Source of the DNA: Snodgrassella gandavensis
GTDB taxonomy: Bacteria > Pseudomonadota > Gammaproteobacteria > Burkholderiales > Neisseriaceae
Direction of reading: 5' to 3'
Length of the DNA: 32,000 nt
Assembly (NCBI RefSeq): GCF_914768025.1
Contig: NZ_CAJZCE010000001.1
Span: 192,279-224,278, forward strand
The notes beneath the pieces were generated by a model. It searched no databases. It was not told the origin of the DNA and saw only the letters and a list, made by a program, of their open reading frames with translations. Both the position numbers and the translations under genes were made by a program. Positions within the stretch are counted from its first letter, which is position 1. The number at the start of each line of letters is the position of its first letter. Positions 8,719 through 19,096 of the stretch are shown piece by piece.

Positions 8719-8783
8719 AAAGACAAAAATTAAAATCGCACAAGCGCACACTAATCTTCGTTCTTTCAGGAGAAGGTAGACAT

Positions 8784-10484
8784 ATGTTGAATTGGGTATT
8801 GACTAATATTCAGGAATCGCCGGTTATTCTGCTGTTTCTGTCGTTAAGTCTGGGCTATTTACTGGGCAGTTTTCGCTTCGGTAAGTTCCAGCTCGGCGGA
8901 GTTGCTGGTTCTCTGTTGGTGGCAGTAGTTTTAAGTCTGCTCAATGTTCACATTGATTCTGGTCTTAAAGCTTTGCTGTTTACTTTATTTATTTATGCTG
9001 TGGGTTATGAAAGTGGCCCCCAGTTTTTCCGTTCACTGGGCGTAAAAACTCTGCGTGAAATCTTTCTGGCGCTGTTCATTGCCATTACCGGTTTTATTAC
9101 GGTGATGATTATGGCACGTCTGTTCCATCTCGATAAAGGTCTGGCTGCTGGTCTGGCTGCCGGTGGCTTAACTCAGTCGGCCATTCTGGGTACAGCTGCT
9201 GATGCCTTGACGCATATGGGGCTGCCCGCAGATCAATTGCAGCAATTGCAGGCTAATGTGGCCATTGGTTATGCGGTGACTTATATCTTTGGTTCACTGG
9301 GTGCAATCATTATCTGTATGAATGTGCTGCCAAAAGTCATGGGGCGCGATATTCGTGATGATGCAGTGGCTGCCGAAGCTGAGCAACTGAAAGGTGCCAT
9401 GGCACTGGAAGGCAATCAGGGGATGGCAATTACTCAGATGGTTGGCCGTATCTATGTGGTTGAACGTGATATTCATAAAACCATTAAGGATATAGAGCTG
9501 GAAAATATGGGTATTACCATCGAACGCATTAAACGTCATGGCAATCTGATCGATTGCACGCCGTCTACTGTGCTGAAAGCGGATGACATTATTCTGATTG
9601 TTGGTCGGCGTGAAGCTGTTACTTCTGTCAGCACTTTATTTGGCCGTGAGCTGGATTCAGAACATGGGCTGGAAGTGATTGTTGATACTAAGGATGTGGT
9701 ATTCCGCAATCCTGAGTATGCCAATAAAACCATGGCTGAAATCCGTTCTAAAGTACATCTGAGTGACAATGACTTTGAAATTCAGCACGGTATCTATCTG
9801 GTTGCGTTGCATCGCAACGGTCAAAAGCTGGATATCACTCCTGATACAGAATTCAAGCTGGGCGATGTGATGACCATTTACGGTTCTACCAGTGATATTA
9901 ATCGTGTCGTTCACATTATTGGCGCGCCGATTACTGTTAACAGTAAAACTGACTGGGCTTATCACGGTCTGGGTGTAGTGCTTGGTCTGATTATCGGCTG
10001 GGTAGTGGTTCGTGTTGGCAATATTCCGATTACTTTGGGTGCCGGTGGTGGTGCGCTGCTGTCCGGTTTGTTCTTCGGCTGGCTACGTGCCCGCAAACAG
10101 ACCTTTGGCAATATGCCGGTTGCCGCTTCTCAGTTTATGAAAGATTTTGGTTTGGCTGGTTTTGTGTCTGTAGTGGGTTTGCAGTCTGGATTACAGGCAA
10201 TTACGACTATTAAAGAACATGGGTTGACTCTGTTTTTGATTGGTGTCGTGGTTACGCTGGTTCCGATGATTCTGGCTATTTTCTTTGGTCGCTATGTGCT
10301 TCGTTATGATAATGCAGCGGTGTTTGCTGGTGCTTTATCTGGTTCACGTAGTGCCAATCCTGCATTTGGTGAAGTTCTGGATAAAGCAGGTAATGCTATT
10401 CCGACTACTCCATTTGCCGTTACATATGCATTAGCCAATGTGTTCCTGACATTGTTAGGACCATTGATTGTGGCTCTTGTCTGA
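8784..10484 (+). CDS. aspT: Aspartate:alanine antiporter family transporter (AAE family, AspT/YidE/YbjL type)
   Basis: 566 aa with two hydrophobic halves separated by two central RCK_C/TrkA_C-like soluble domains (..ITIERIKRHGNLIDCTPSTVLKADDIILIVG.. and ..IYLVALHRNGQKLDITPDTEFKLGDVMTIYG..). RBS is AGGAGAAGG. It sits immediately upstream of aspartate 4-decarboxylase. Confidence 0.8.
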   Translation: MLNWVLTNIQESPVILLFLSLSLGYLLGSFRFGKFQLGGVAGSLLVAVVLSLLNVHIDSGLKALLFTLFIYAVGYESGPQFFRSLGVKTLREIFLALFIAITGFITVMIMARLFHLDKGLAAGLAAGGLTQSAILGTAADALTHMGLPADQLQQLQANVAIGYAVTYIFGSLGAIIICMNVLPKVMGRDIRDDAVAAEAEQLKGAMALEGNQGMAITQMVGRIYVVERDIHKTIKDIELENMGITIERIKRHGNLIDCTPSTVLKADDIILIVGRREAVTSVSTLFGRELDSEHGLEVIVDTKDVVFRNPEYANKTMAEIRSKVHLSDNDFEIQHGIYLVALHRNGQKLDITPDTEFKLGDVMTIYGSTSDINRVVHIIGAPITVNSKTDWAYHGLGVVLGLIIGWVVVRVGNIPITLGAGGGALLSGLFFGWLRARKQTFGNMPVAASQFMKDFGLAGFVSVVGLQSGLQAITTIKEHGLTLFLIGVVVTLVPMILAIFFGRYVLRYDNAAVFAGALSGSRSANPAFGEVLDKAGNAIPTTPFAVTYALANVFLTLLGPLIVALV

Positions 10485-10497
10485 TATGTGCTTTTAA

Positions 10498-12108
<1,611 letters not shown>

Positions 12109-12133
12109 TTAATTTGACTGTAGCTTAAATAGC

Positions 12134-12162
12134 AGCACCGTACTTTATCAAAGTACGGTGCT
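12134..12162. terminator. 13-bp perfect hairpin after asdA (probable terminator, weak U-tract)
   Basis: AGCACCGTACTTT (12134-12146), loop ATC, AAAGTACGGTGCT (12150-12162). The downstream tail ATTGCGTTT is only weakly T-rich. Confidence 0.5.
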
Positions 12163-12281
12163 ATTGCGTTTGCCTGCTCTTATGTGCAAATAAAAATCCT
12201 GTTTAGGTTCGATATCTGGTTGTTAAAACGGTATAGTTTTGGCTTGTCAAAGCTGATTCGAATCCACTGAGGAGAGTAGGA

Positions 12282-13004
12282 ATGCATATACATTTTATTA
12301 TTCACGAAGATTTTGAAGGTCCGGCAGCTTGCGAAGAGTGGGCGAAAAGTAGAAAACATCACATTTCGTATTCACGTCTGTATCTTGGCGAAAAACTGCC
12401 AGATTCAGCCGTGAATCTGGATATGCTGATTATGATGGGTGGTCCGCAATCACCTTTAACCTCAACTAAGGAATGCAGCTATTTTGATAGTAACGCAGAA
12501 CAAAAACTGATTATTGATGCTGTTAATAAAGGCAAAGCTGTATTGGGTATCTGTCTGGGCGCGCAGTTAATAGGACAGGCACTGGGTGGAATGGTAGAAA
12601 CCAGTCCCAATAGGGAAATAGGTTATTTTCCGATACACCTGACCTCAGCCGGTTTGGCTGATGAGCTCATTGCGCATTTTGGTAAAGAGTTAACTGTAGG
12701 GCACTGGCATGGAGATATGCCGGGCTTAACACCACAGGCACAAATTCTGGCTTACAGTACCGGTTGTCCGCGGCAGATTGTGCGTTATGCGCCTTTGGTA
12801 TATGGGTTTCAATGTCATTTGGAGCTGAATACAGCAGCAATTGATGCATTAATTGCGCATTCCAAGGTCGATTTACATCATGCAGACAAATACCTTTTTA
12901 TACAATCTGAACAAGAAATACAATCGTTTAATTACACGGCAATGAATCAGCAGTTATTTATTTTTCTGGATAAATTTATGCAGAGATACCAGATGCTGCA
13001 ATGA
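12282..13004 (+). CDS. Class I glutamine amidotransferase-like protein (GMP-synthase-type GATase domain only)
   Basis: 240 aa with nucleophile elbow LGICLGAQL and His/Glu motif FQCHLE. RBS is GAGGAGAG. Confidence 0.75.
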   Translation: MHIHFIIHEDFEGPAACEEWAKSRKHHISYSRLYLGEKLPDSAVNLDMLIMMGGPQSPLTSTKECSYFDSNAEQKLIIDAVNKGKAVLGICLGAQLIGQALGGMVETSPNREIGYFPIHLTSAGLADELIAHFGKELTVGHWHGDMPGLTPQAQILAYSTGCPRQIVRYAPLVYGFQCHLELNTAAIDALIAHSKVDLHHADKYLFIQSEQEIQSFNYTAMNQQLFIFLDKFMQRYQMLQ

Positions 13005-13061
13005 AGATAGCTGAGAATTATCGGGTTTAAAAACAAATTTTGCTTAATGTTTTACTGTGTT

Positions 13062-13418
13062 TCATTTAGGAAAGAATCGAGCAATGGCCGCCAGAGCTTG
13101 TTCTTTCAGAGCCGGTGTTATGGCTGCCTGTAATTGTCTGCACACCATGGTAATCACTGCGATGTCGTCAGTGAATCCGAGTGGCCCAAGAAAATCGGGA
13201 ATCAGGTCTATCGGGCTGAGAAAGTAGACTAATGCCCCCAGAATCAACATTTTGCTGCGTAATGGTGTCTCAGGTGATTTAAACAGCAGATATAAGGTAT
13301 ATAGTTGCACGACAACTGGCTTGCCCAGACGCAAGGCGTTTTTGGCCAGCTTGGCTAAAAAGCTCCGCTCATTAAACCATGAGTGGCGAACATTCACTTT
13401 TTTGGAGAAGAAATTCAT
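13062..13418 (-). CDS. YkvA-family membrane protein (DUF1232)
   Basis: 118 aa with the characteristic motif YFLSPIDLIPDFLGPLGFTDD. Confidence 0.75.
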   Translation of the reverse strand: MNFFSKKVNVRHSWFNERSFLAKLAKNALRLGKPVVVQLYTLYLLFKSPETPLRSKMLILGALVYFLSPIDLIPDFLGPLGFTDDIAVITMVCRQLQAAITPALKEQALAAIARFFPK

Positions 13419-13459
13419 AGCATTTGTGCTTTCGTGCTAATTAGTTATTTGTATACGGC

Positions 13460-13924
13460 TTACTTCAAAGCAGTGGGAGACAAGGCTACTTTTAAACGAG
13501 CCTGATGATGCTGGTGGTAAAAACGGATATCAAACCACCAGAAAGCGGATTTTTTTACCGACCAGAATTGTTGTGGTAACCAGACACCATTGAGCAGATA
13601 GGCACAAAACTGACCCATCCACGGTTGATGACCAACCCATATCTGGGTAGCAGTTGGTGGCTGCTGTTGCAGGAATGTAGCCAGATTGAGCGGATGGCTA
13701 TCAGGATTAAGCAATTTGTGCACAGACAAAGGCTGTTTAAGATAATTTGCAGTTTGTTGTGTCCGTACTGCTTCAGAGCAGTAAACCTGATAGTTGGCAG
13801 GCAAGTGTTGCTGTAGCCACTGGGCGCTGACTTTAGCCTGTTGCTGGCCTTTGTTTGTTAATCTGCGAGCTAGATCATCCCAGTTGTCTTCAGCTTCGGC
13901 ATGGCGCCATAAAATTAAATCCAT
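13460..13924 (-). CDS. sixA: Phosphohistidine phosphatase SixA
   Basis: 154 aa. The N-terminal MDLILWRHAEAE holds the RHA/G catalytic motif of the histidine phosphatase superfamily. Size and a second His region (VGHQPWM) fit SixA. Confidence 0.75.
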   Translation of the reverse strand: MDLILWRHAEAEDNWDDLARRLTNKGQQQAKVSAQWLQQHLPANYQVYCSEAVRTQQTANYLKQPLSVHKLLNPDSHPLNLATFLQQQPPTATQIWVGHQPWMGQFCAYLLNGVWLPQQFWSVKKSAFWWFDIRFYHQHHQARLKVALSPTALK

Positions 13925-14095
13925 ATCTTACTCTTTCGGATAATGGCATCAAAATACAGTGAGCTGTTATGCTTATGTTACAATTGTTTGGTTTGCAGAC
14001 AGCTATATGATAGTAGTGGCATCTTGATGGTTCTGGCAATGTTATACAGACTATCTTTGTGTTTTTTAATCAAGCATTAACATTGAAAGACTGGT

Positions 14096-15010
14096 GTGAA
14101 TCGATTTTCTGTTGAAGGGGAATTGGAGCACAAAAAGTGCTCGCAGCTTGCGGAACGCCTCCATATTTATATGCAACTAATGCGTATAGACCGCCCAATT
14201 GGCACCTTGCTGCTGCTGTGGCCAACTTGGTGGGCATTATGGATTGCCGCAGATGGCCATCCGGACGGGCTTCTCGTATTGTTGTTTACTATTGGTACAT
14301 TTTTAATGCGCAGTGCTGGTTGTGTGATTAATGATTATGCAGACCGCAATTTTGATGGTGCCGTTGAACGCACCAATCAGCGACCGTTTGCATTAAAAAA
14401 AGTTACCAAAAAAGAAGCAATTACATTAACTATAGTGTTGTGTGCTCTGGCGGCACTGTGTTTGCTACCTATGAACCGGCTGACCTGGATGATGAGTATT
14501 CCGGCACTGTTTCTTGCCATAACGTATCCGTTTACCAAGCGTTTTTTTCCCTTACCACAGCTATATCTTGGCTTGGCATTTTCGTTTGGCATTCCGATGG
14601 CGTTTGCTGCTGTTAGCAATCATGTGCCGCTGATTGCGTGGATTTTGCTGGCGGCCAATACGTTATGGACTTTGGCTTATGACACCATTTATGCCATGGC
14701 AGACAAAGAGGATGATCTGAAAATTGGCATTCATACTTCTGCGATTACTTTCGGTGAACATGATATTACTGCGGCTATGTTGTGCCATGCAGGCTTCGAT
14801 ATGCTGATGATTCTGGCTGGCTGGCTGATTCATGCCAGTCTCTGGTACTGGCTGGCTCTGCCACTGGTACTCAGCTTGCAGTACTGGCAGTGGCGGAAAA
14901 TCCGTACCCGTGATCGTAAAGTATGCTTTACTATGTTTGTACGTAATAACCGAATTGGACTCATCTGGTTTACTGGGCTATTACTGCATTACTGGCTGGG
15001 TAAAGCATAA
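14096..15010 (+). CDS. ubiA: 4-hydroxybenzoate polyprenyltransferase
   Basis: [22 protein letters not shown], Asp-rich motifs NDYADRNFD and YAMADKEDD, and multiple TM helices. The start is uncertain (GTG 14096 from the track; the next in-frame ATG is 14171). Confidence 0.85.
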   Translation: MNRFSVEGELEHKKCSQLAERLHIYMQLMRIDRPIGTLLLLWPTWWALWIAADGHPDGLLVLLFTIGTFLMRSAGCVINDYADRNFDGAVERTNQRPFALKKVTKKEAITLTIVLCALAALCLLPMNRLTWMMSIPALFLAITYPFTKRFFPLPQLYLGLAFSFGIPMAFAAVSNHVPLIAWILLAANTLWTLAYDTIYAMADKEDDLKIGIHTSAITFGEHDITAAMLCHAGFDMLMILAGWLIHASLWYWLALPLVLSLQYWQWRKIRTRDRKVCFTMFVRNNRIGLIWFTGLLLHYWLGKA

Positions 15011-15050
15011 AGATTGAGGGCAGTATTGAGCAGGTAAGAAGCAAATTTTT

Positions 15051-15061
15051 TGTAATTTGAT
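15051..15061. repeat. Direct repeat copy 1, TGTAATTTGAT (followed by degenerate copy TGTATTTGAAT at 15062-15072)
   Basis: Exact 11-mer, repeated at 15133-15143 within the 137-bp ubiA-ptsN spacer. Confidence 0.6.
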
Positions 15062-15132
15062 TGTATTTGAATAAATTGCACATTATTTGGCGCAGTAAAT
15101 ATATCCTTAGCTGGATTGTTACAGCCAATGGT

Positions 15133-15143
15133 GTAATTTGATA
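15133..15143. repeat. Direct repeat copy 2, TGTAATTTGAT, abutting the ptsN RBS
   Basis: Exact match to 15051-15061. It is immediately followed by AGGAA (15143-15147) and ATG 15154. Confidence 0.6.
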
Positions 15144-15153
15144 GGAATTGAAA

Positions 15154-15615
15154 ATGAGCATGAGTTTAATTGGGGATATTTTACCGGTTTCACATGTGGT
15201 TCTGGATTTGAACGTAAGCAGTAAGAAACGCCTGTTCGAAGAAGCCGGCCACTTGTTGTCTCAACAGGCAGGTCTTTCACAGGAAGATGTGTTTAATTGT
15301 CTGTTTGCGCGTGAAAAGCTGGGTTCTACTGCATTAGGTAAAGGTGTGGCTATTCCTCATGGTCGTACTGGCGCAGTGACTGATACTGTAGGCGCTTTTT
15401 TTCGGCTGCAAACACCCATCGCCTTTGATGCACCAGATGAACAGCCGGTTAGTATGATATTTGTGTTGCTGGTGCCGGAAAATGCTTCAACCAGACATCT
15501 GAATGTGTTATCAGAACTGGCTGGAAAATTTTCACAGAAATCGGTACGCAATGCCCTGTTGTCCGCAACCAGTGCCGAAAGTGTGCGCGAAATACTGGTA
15601 GCAGAACAGGTATAA
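15154..15615 (+). CDS. ptsN: Nitrogen-related PTS enzyme IIA (EIIA-Ntr)
   Basis: PTS EIIA type-2 domain with the phosphorylatable His in GKGVAIPHGR. I prefer ATG 15154 (RBS AGGAA 6 nt upstream) over the track's TTG 15148. Confidence 0.85.
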   Translation: MSMSLIGDILPVSHVVLDLNVSSKKRLFEEAGHLLSQQAGLSQEDVFNCLFAREKLGSTALGKGVAIPHGRTGAVTDTVGAFFRLQTPIAFDAPDEQPVSMIFVLLVPENASTRHLNVLSELAGKFSQKSVRNALLSATSAESVREILVAEQV

Positions 15616-15627
15616 GGACGAATTATC

Positions 15628-16590
15628 ATGCCCAGTATATCGGTACGGCGCTTATATCATGACAATCAGACCAAGTTGAAACTTGCGTGGTCTGCTGGTA
15701 CGGCTGGTGCGGATAATCGCATCAGTATTGATGCCGATAAGCCGGTATTGGCACTGGTTGGTCACCTGAATTTCATACATCCCAATCAGGTACAGGTAAT
15801 CGGGATTGCTGAAGTAGAATATCTGAATAAAATTGAGGCTGGTGAAATTAAAACCACACTCAATGAATTATTCGATTTAACTATGTCGCTGATTATTGTT
15901 GCCAATGATTTGCCTGTACCATACATGTTGCGTGATTATTGCCATACGCATAATGTACCATTGCTGACATCCAAGACGGAAAGCCCTTTTCTGATGGATG
16001 TATTACGCATCTATCTGCAACGGGTACTGGCTGCATCTACAGTCAAATACGGTGTATTTCTGGATGTTTTTGAAGTCGGAGTATTGATTATCGGCCAGTC
16101 AGGACTGGGAAAAAGCGAGCTGGCGCTGGAATTGATATCGCGCGGACATGGTCTGGTGGCGGATGATGCAGTGGAATTGTATCGTATTGGCCCAGAAACG
16201 CTTGAGGGGCGCTGTCCGGCCTTGTTGAAAGACTTTCTTGAAGTGCGCGGCTTGGGGGTGTTGAATATTCGGGCAATTTTTGGTGAAACTGCCGTACGAC
16301 CAAAAAAGCAGTTACAGCTAATAATCAATTTGGTACTGGCAGATGACAGCCATATGCAGCGAATAGACCGCCTGAGTATCAAAAGTGAAACGGAAAGTAT
16401 TCTGAACGTATCTATTCGCAGTGTTACCTTGCCGGTAGCAGTTGGACGCAACTTGGCCGTATTAGTAGAAGCTGCTGTCAGTAATTTCATTTTACAGATG
16501 CGGGGAAAAGACAGTACCAAGCAATTTCTGGATCGTCATAATTCCATGCTGCAAGAGGATGCTGTGAATCATGAGGATAGTATTGATTAG
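15628..16590 (+). CDS. hprK: HPr kinase/phosphorylase
   Basis: 320 aa with P-loop [19 protein letters not shown] and downstream LVADD and EVRGLG motifs. Confidence 0.9.
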   Translation: MPSISVRRLYHDNQTKLKLAWSAGTAGADNRISIDADKPVLALVGHLNFIHPNQVQVIGIAEVEYLNKIEAGEIKTTLNELFDLTMSLIIVANDLPVPYMLRDYCHTHNVPLLTSKTESPFLMDVLRIYLQRVLAASTVKYGVFLDVFEVGVLIIGQSGLGKSELALELISRGHGLVADDAVELYRIGPETLEGRCPALLKDFLEVRGLGVLNIRAIFGETAVRPKKQLQLIINLVLADDSHMQRIDRLSIKSETESILNVSIRSVTLPVAVGRNLAVLVEAAVSNFILQMRGKDSTKQFLDRHNSMLQEDAVNHEDSID

Positions 16591-17431
16591 TGGATTGTCC
16601 GGTTCCGGAAAATCTATTGCTTTACGTTTACTGGAAGATGTTGGTTTTGTCTGCGTGGATAATCTGCCGGTAAAGCTTTTACCTGATTTGATTGAACACT
16701 ATGCTGCCAGCGATGTGGCACAGCTAGGTGTCAGTGTGGATATACGCTCTCGTTTTAATCCGGCAGAAGTGCTGGAGTTGGTAACCCGCTTGCGTGCCCA
16801 AAAACATCAGGTTGATTTGCTGTTTTTAACTTCTTCCGCGGTCGTATTGCTTCGCCGTTTTTCTGAAACACGCCGCAGTCATCCTCTGGCACAGGAACAC
16901 AAAACCTTAAGTGAAAGCGTTGCTGCTGAACAGCAATATATGTCTGCCTTACAAAGATATGCATATGTTATTGATACCTCCTTGCTAAATGTGCCGCAAT
17001 TGCGCCGGCAGATTCAGCAATGGCTGCATTTGCCCGTGGCTCCGATGCGCGTAGTGCTGGAATCTTTTGGTTATAAATATGGCGTGCCTGCTGGCTTGGA
17101 TTTTGTCTTTGATGTTCGCTTTCTGCCTAATCCATATTATGATTTTCACTTGCGTCCCTTTAGCGGTCTGGATGAACCAGTCAGGACATTTTTTTCCCAG
17201 CAGCCAGTGATGGCAGAAATGATTGCAGATTTAGCCGATTTTTTGCTGCGCTGGTTACCGCAGATGGAAAAAGAAAGTCGCAGCTATGTTAATATCGGTG
17301 TTGGCTGTACAGGTGGTCAGCATCGTTCAGTTTATATCGTGGAAGCTTTAGCGCAGCAATTAAATGCTTATTGCGTACTGGTGCGGCACCGGCAGTTAGA
17401 GTTAAGTAAGAATTCTGAAAAAACGGTATAA
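16571..17431 (+). CDS. rapZ: RNase adapter protein RapZ (YhbJ)
   Basis: [33 protein letters not shown], a C-terminal [10 protein letters not shown] motif, and a 20-nt overlap with hprK. Confidence 0.9.
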   Translation: MRIVLISGLSGSGKSIALRLLEDVGFVCVDNLPVKLLPDLIEHYAASDVAQLGVSVDIRSRFNPAEVLELVTRLRAQKHQVDLLFLTSSAVVLLRRFSETRRSHPLAQEHKTLSESVAAEQQYMSALQRYAYVIDTSLLNVPQLRRQIQQWLHLPVAPMRVVLESFGYKYGVPAGLDFVFDVRFLPNPYYDFHLRPFSGLDEPVRTFFSQQPVMAEMIADLADFLLRWLPQMEKESRSYVNIGVGCTGGQHRSVYIVEALAQQLNAYCVLVRHRQLELSKNSEKTV

Positions 17432-17449
17432 TAAGAACAGTGAGTTATT

Positions 17450-17485
17450 CAGGCAGCCCGTAATTAGGCTGCCTGTGTGTTTTTT
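17450..17485 (+). terminator. Rho-independent terminator after rapZ, built from a DUS-like inverted repeat
   Basis: 9-bp stem CAGGCAGCC (17450-17458) / GGCTGCCTG (17467-17475), 8-nt loop, then a T6 run at 17480-17485. Confidence 0.8.
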
Positions 17486-17520
17486 GTATAAGAGTTTTGT
17501 GTATCAGACAAGGACAGTTT

Positions 17521-18444
17521 ATGGCTATTCAATGGTATCCCGGGCATATGAACAAAGCCAAAAAAGCCATTGCCGAACGGATTAAAAGTGTGGATATGGT
17601 CATTGAAGTACTGGATGCCCGCTTACCCGCTTCCAGTGCCAATCCATTACTGGCAAAACTGTCTGGTGACAAACCCAAACTGAAAATTCTGAATAAGCAG
17701 GATTTGGCCGATCCCGAACGTACTGAGTTGTGGCTGGCCGATTATCGTTCCCAGCTCAATACCAACGTACTGGCACTGGATGCATCAGAAAAACAGGCAG
17801 CCAGTAAGATTATTGCGGCCTGCCGCACTCTGGTGCCAAACCGTCATGGTTTGGACCGGCCACTAAGAGTGCTTATCTGTGGCATTCCCAATGTAGGTAA
17901 ATCTACCCTGATTAATGGTATGCTGGGTAAACGCAGTGCCAAAACGGGTAATGAGCCAGGTATCACCAAAGCTGAGCAGCGGCTGATACTGGCCGATGAT
18001 TTCTGGTTATATGACACCCCCGGGATGTTGTGGCCAAAAATTATTGTTGAAGAAGCTGGTTATAATCTGGCTGCCAGTGGCGCTGTCGGACGTAACGCGC
18101 TGGACGAAGAAATTGTAGCACTGCAATTACTGGATTATCTGCGCCGCCATTATCTGCCTTTGCTTCAGCAGCGCTATCAGGCTGACCTCAGTGAAAGTCC
18201 GCACTGGCGTGATGACAACTGGCTGGACTGGATTGGTAAAAAACGTGGTGCCCTGTTAAGTGGCGGCCGCATTGATTACCAGAAAGCTGCTGAACGCCTG
18301 CTTACTGATTTCCGTGACGGGCTGATTGGCCGAATCACGCTGGAAACACCCAATCAATGGGCAGTGTGGCTGAAAAAGGGACAGCAGCACGAAGCGCAGC
18401 TTAAAGCTGAACGGGCAGCCAAAAAAGCAGCTCGCAAAGGTTAA
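17521..18444 (+). CDS. rbgA: Ribosome biogenesis GTPase A (YlqF/RbgA), circularly permuted GTPase
   Basis: MAIQWYPGHMNKAKK N-terminus with permuted G motifs NKQDL, then GIPNVGKST, then DTPG. I prefer ATG 17521 over the track's 17497. Confidence 0.85.
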   Translation: MAIQWYPGHMNKAKKAIAERIKSVDMVIEVLDARLPASSANPLLAKLSGDKPKLKILNKQDLADPERTELWLADYRSQLNTNVLALDASEKQAASKIIAACRTLVPNRHGLDRPLRVLICGIPNVGKSTLINGMLGKRSAKTGNEPGITKAEQRLILADDFWLYDTPGMLWPKIIVEEAGYNLAASGAVGRNALDEEIVALQLLDYLRRHYLPLLQQRYQADLSESPHWRDDNWLDWIGKKRGALLSGGRIDYQKAAERLLTDFRDGLIGRITLETPNQWAVWLKKGQQHEAQLKAERAAKKAARKG

Positions 18445-18494
18445 TCTTATAAAGTCCATTGAAAACAGAATTTAAAGCGTTGAAACATATAACC

Positions 18495-19094
18495 ATGAAT
18501 CATCCTGTTTCCATCGAAGCATTGATTGAAGCTGCATTACTGACCCAAAGTGAGGCGTTAAGCGAGCAGGTATTAGCAAGCTTGAGGGAACCGCCATTAT
18601 CAGCAGAGGAATTAGGTGACATATTGTCAGCACTGCGTGAGCGCTGGCAGGAACGGGCGCTAAATCTGGTACACAGTGCAGAGGGTTGGCATTTTCAGGT
18701 AATCAGTACTGCTTATTCGCAATTGGCTGGTCTGGATGTGCAGCGTACGCCACGTTATTCGCGTGCGGTACTGGAAACATTGGCTATAATTGCCTATCAG
18801 CAACCGGTAACACGCAGTGATATCGAAGCTATTCGCGGTGTTACAGTTTCCAGCAATGTTTTACAGACTTTACAGGACCGTGGCTGGATAGAAATTATCG
18901 GGCAGCGGGATAGCGTGGGGCGGCCAAATTTGTGGGCCACTACAGCTACTTTTTTAAGTGATTTACAGTTGGAAAATTTAAGCCAGCTACCACCTTTAAC
19001 AGAATTGGGTGAATTGGTTTTACCCGATTTAAATGAACCTGCCGTGGCTCAAACCACCGCAGAAGAACCGTCTGATGACGGATTAGGAGTATAA
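18495..19094 (+). CDS. scpB: Segregation and condensation protein B (ScpB)
   Basis: LIEAALLTQSEALS N-terminus and winged-helix core TLAIIAYQQPVTRSDIEAIRGV. The start is uncertain (ATG 18495 preferred; the track uses TTG 18459). Confidence 0.75.
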   Translation: MNHPVSIEALIEAALLTQSEALSEQVLASLREPPLSAEELGDILSALRERWQERALNLVHSAEGWHFQVISTAYSQLAGLDVQRTPRYSRAVLETLAIIAYQQPVTRSDIEAIRGVTVSSNVLQTLQDRGWIEIIGQRDSVGRPNLWATTATFLSDLQLENLSQLPPLTELGELVLPDLNEPAVAQTTAEEPSDDGLGV

Positions 19095-19096
19095 CT

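Noticed and set aside
7920-8783. AT-rich island as an IS element, prophage remnant or CRISPR array
   Set aside because: There is no transposase or integrase ORF in any frame. There are no terminal inverted repeats or target-site duplications, and no regularly spaced repeats. Only isolated short repeats and palindromes are present.
12255-12265. GATTCGAATCC, resembling a tRNA T-loop/T-arm (possible tRNA remnant or integration att site) upstream of the amidotransferase gene
   Set aside because: The flanking bases do not form a T-stem (GCTGA / CCACT pair poorly). There is no acceptor stem or CCA context, and no integrase or direct repeat nearby. I judge it a chance match.
15088-15104. TGGCGC-N5 resembling the -24 element of a sigma-54 promoter upstream of ptsN
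   Set aside because: The -12 element is absent. The sequence after the 5-nt spacer is ATATA rather than TTGC(A/T).
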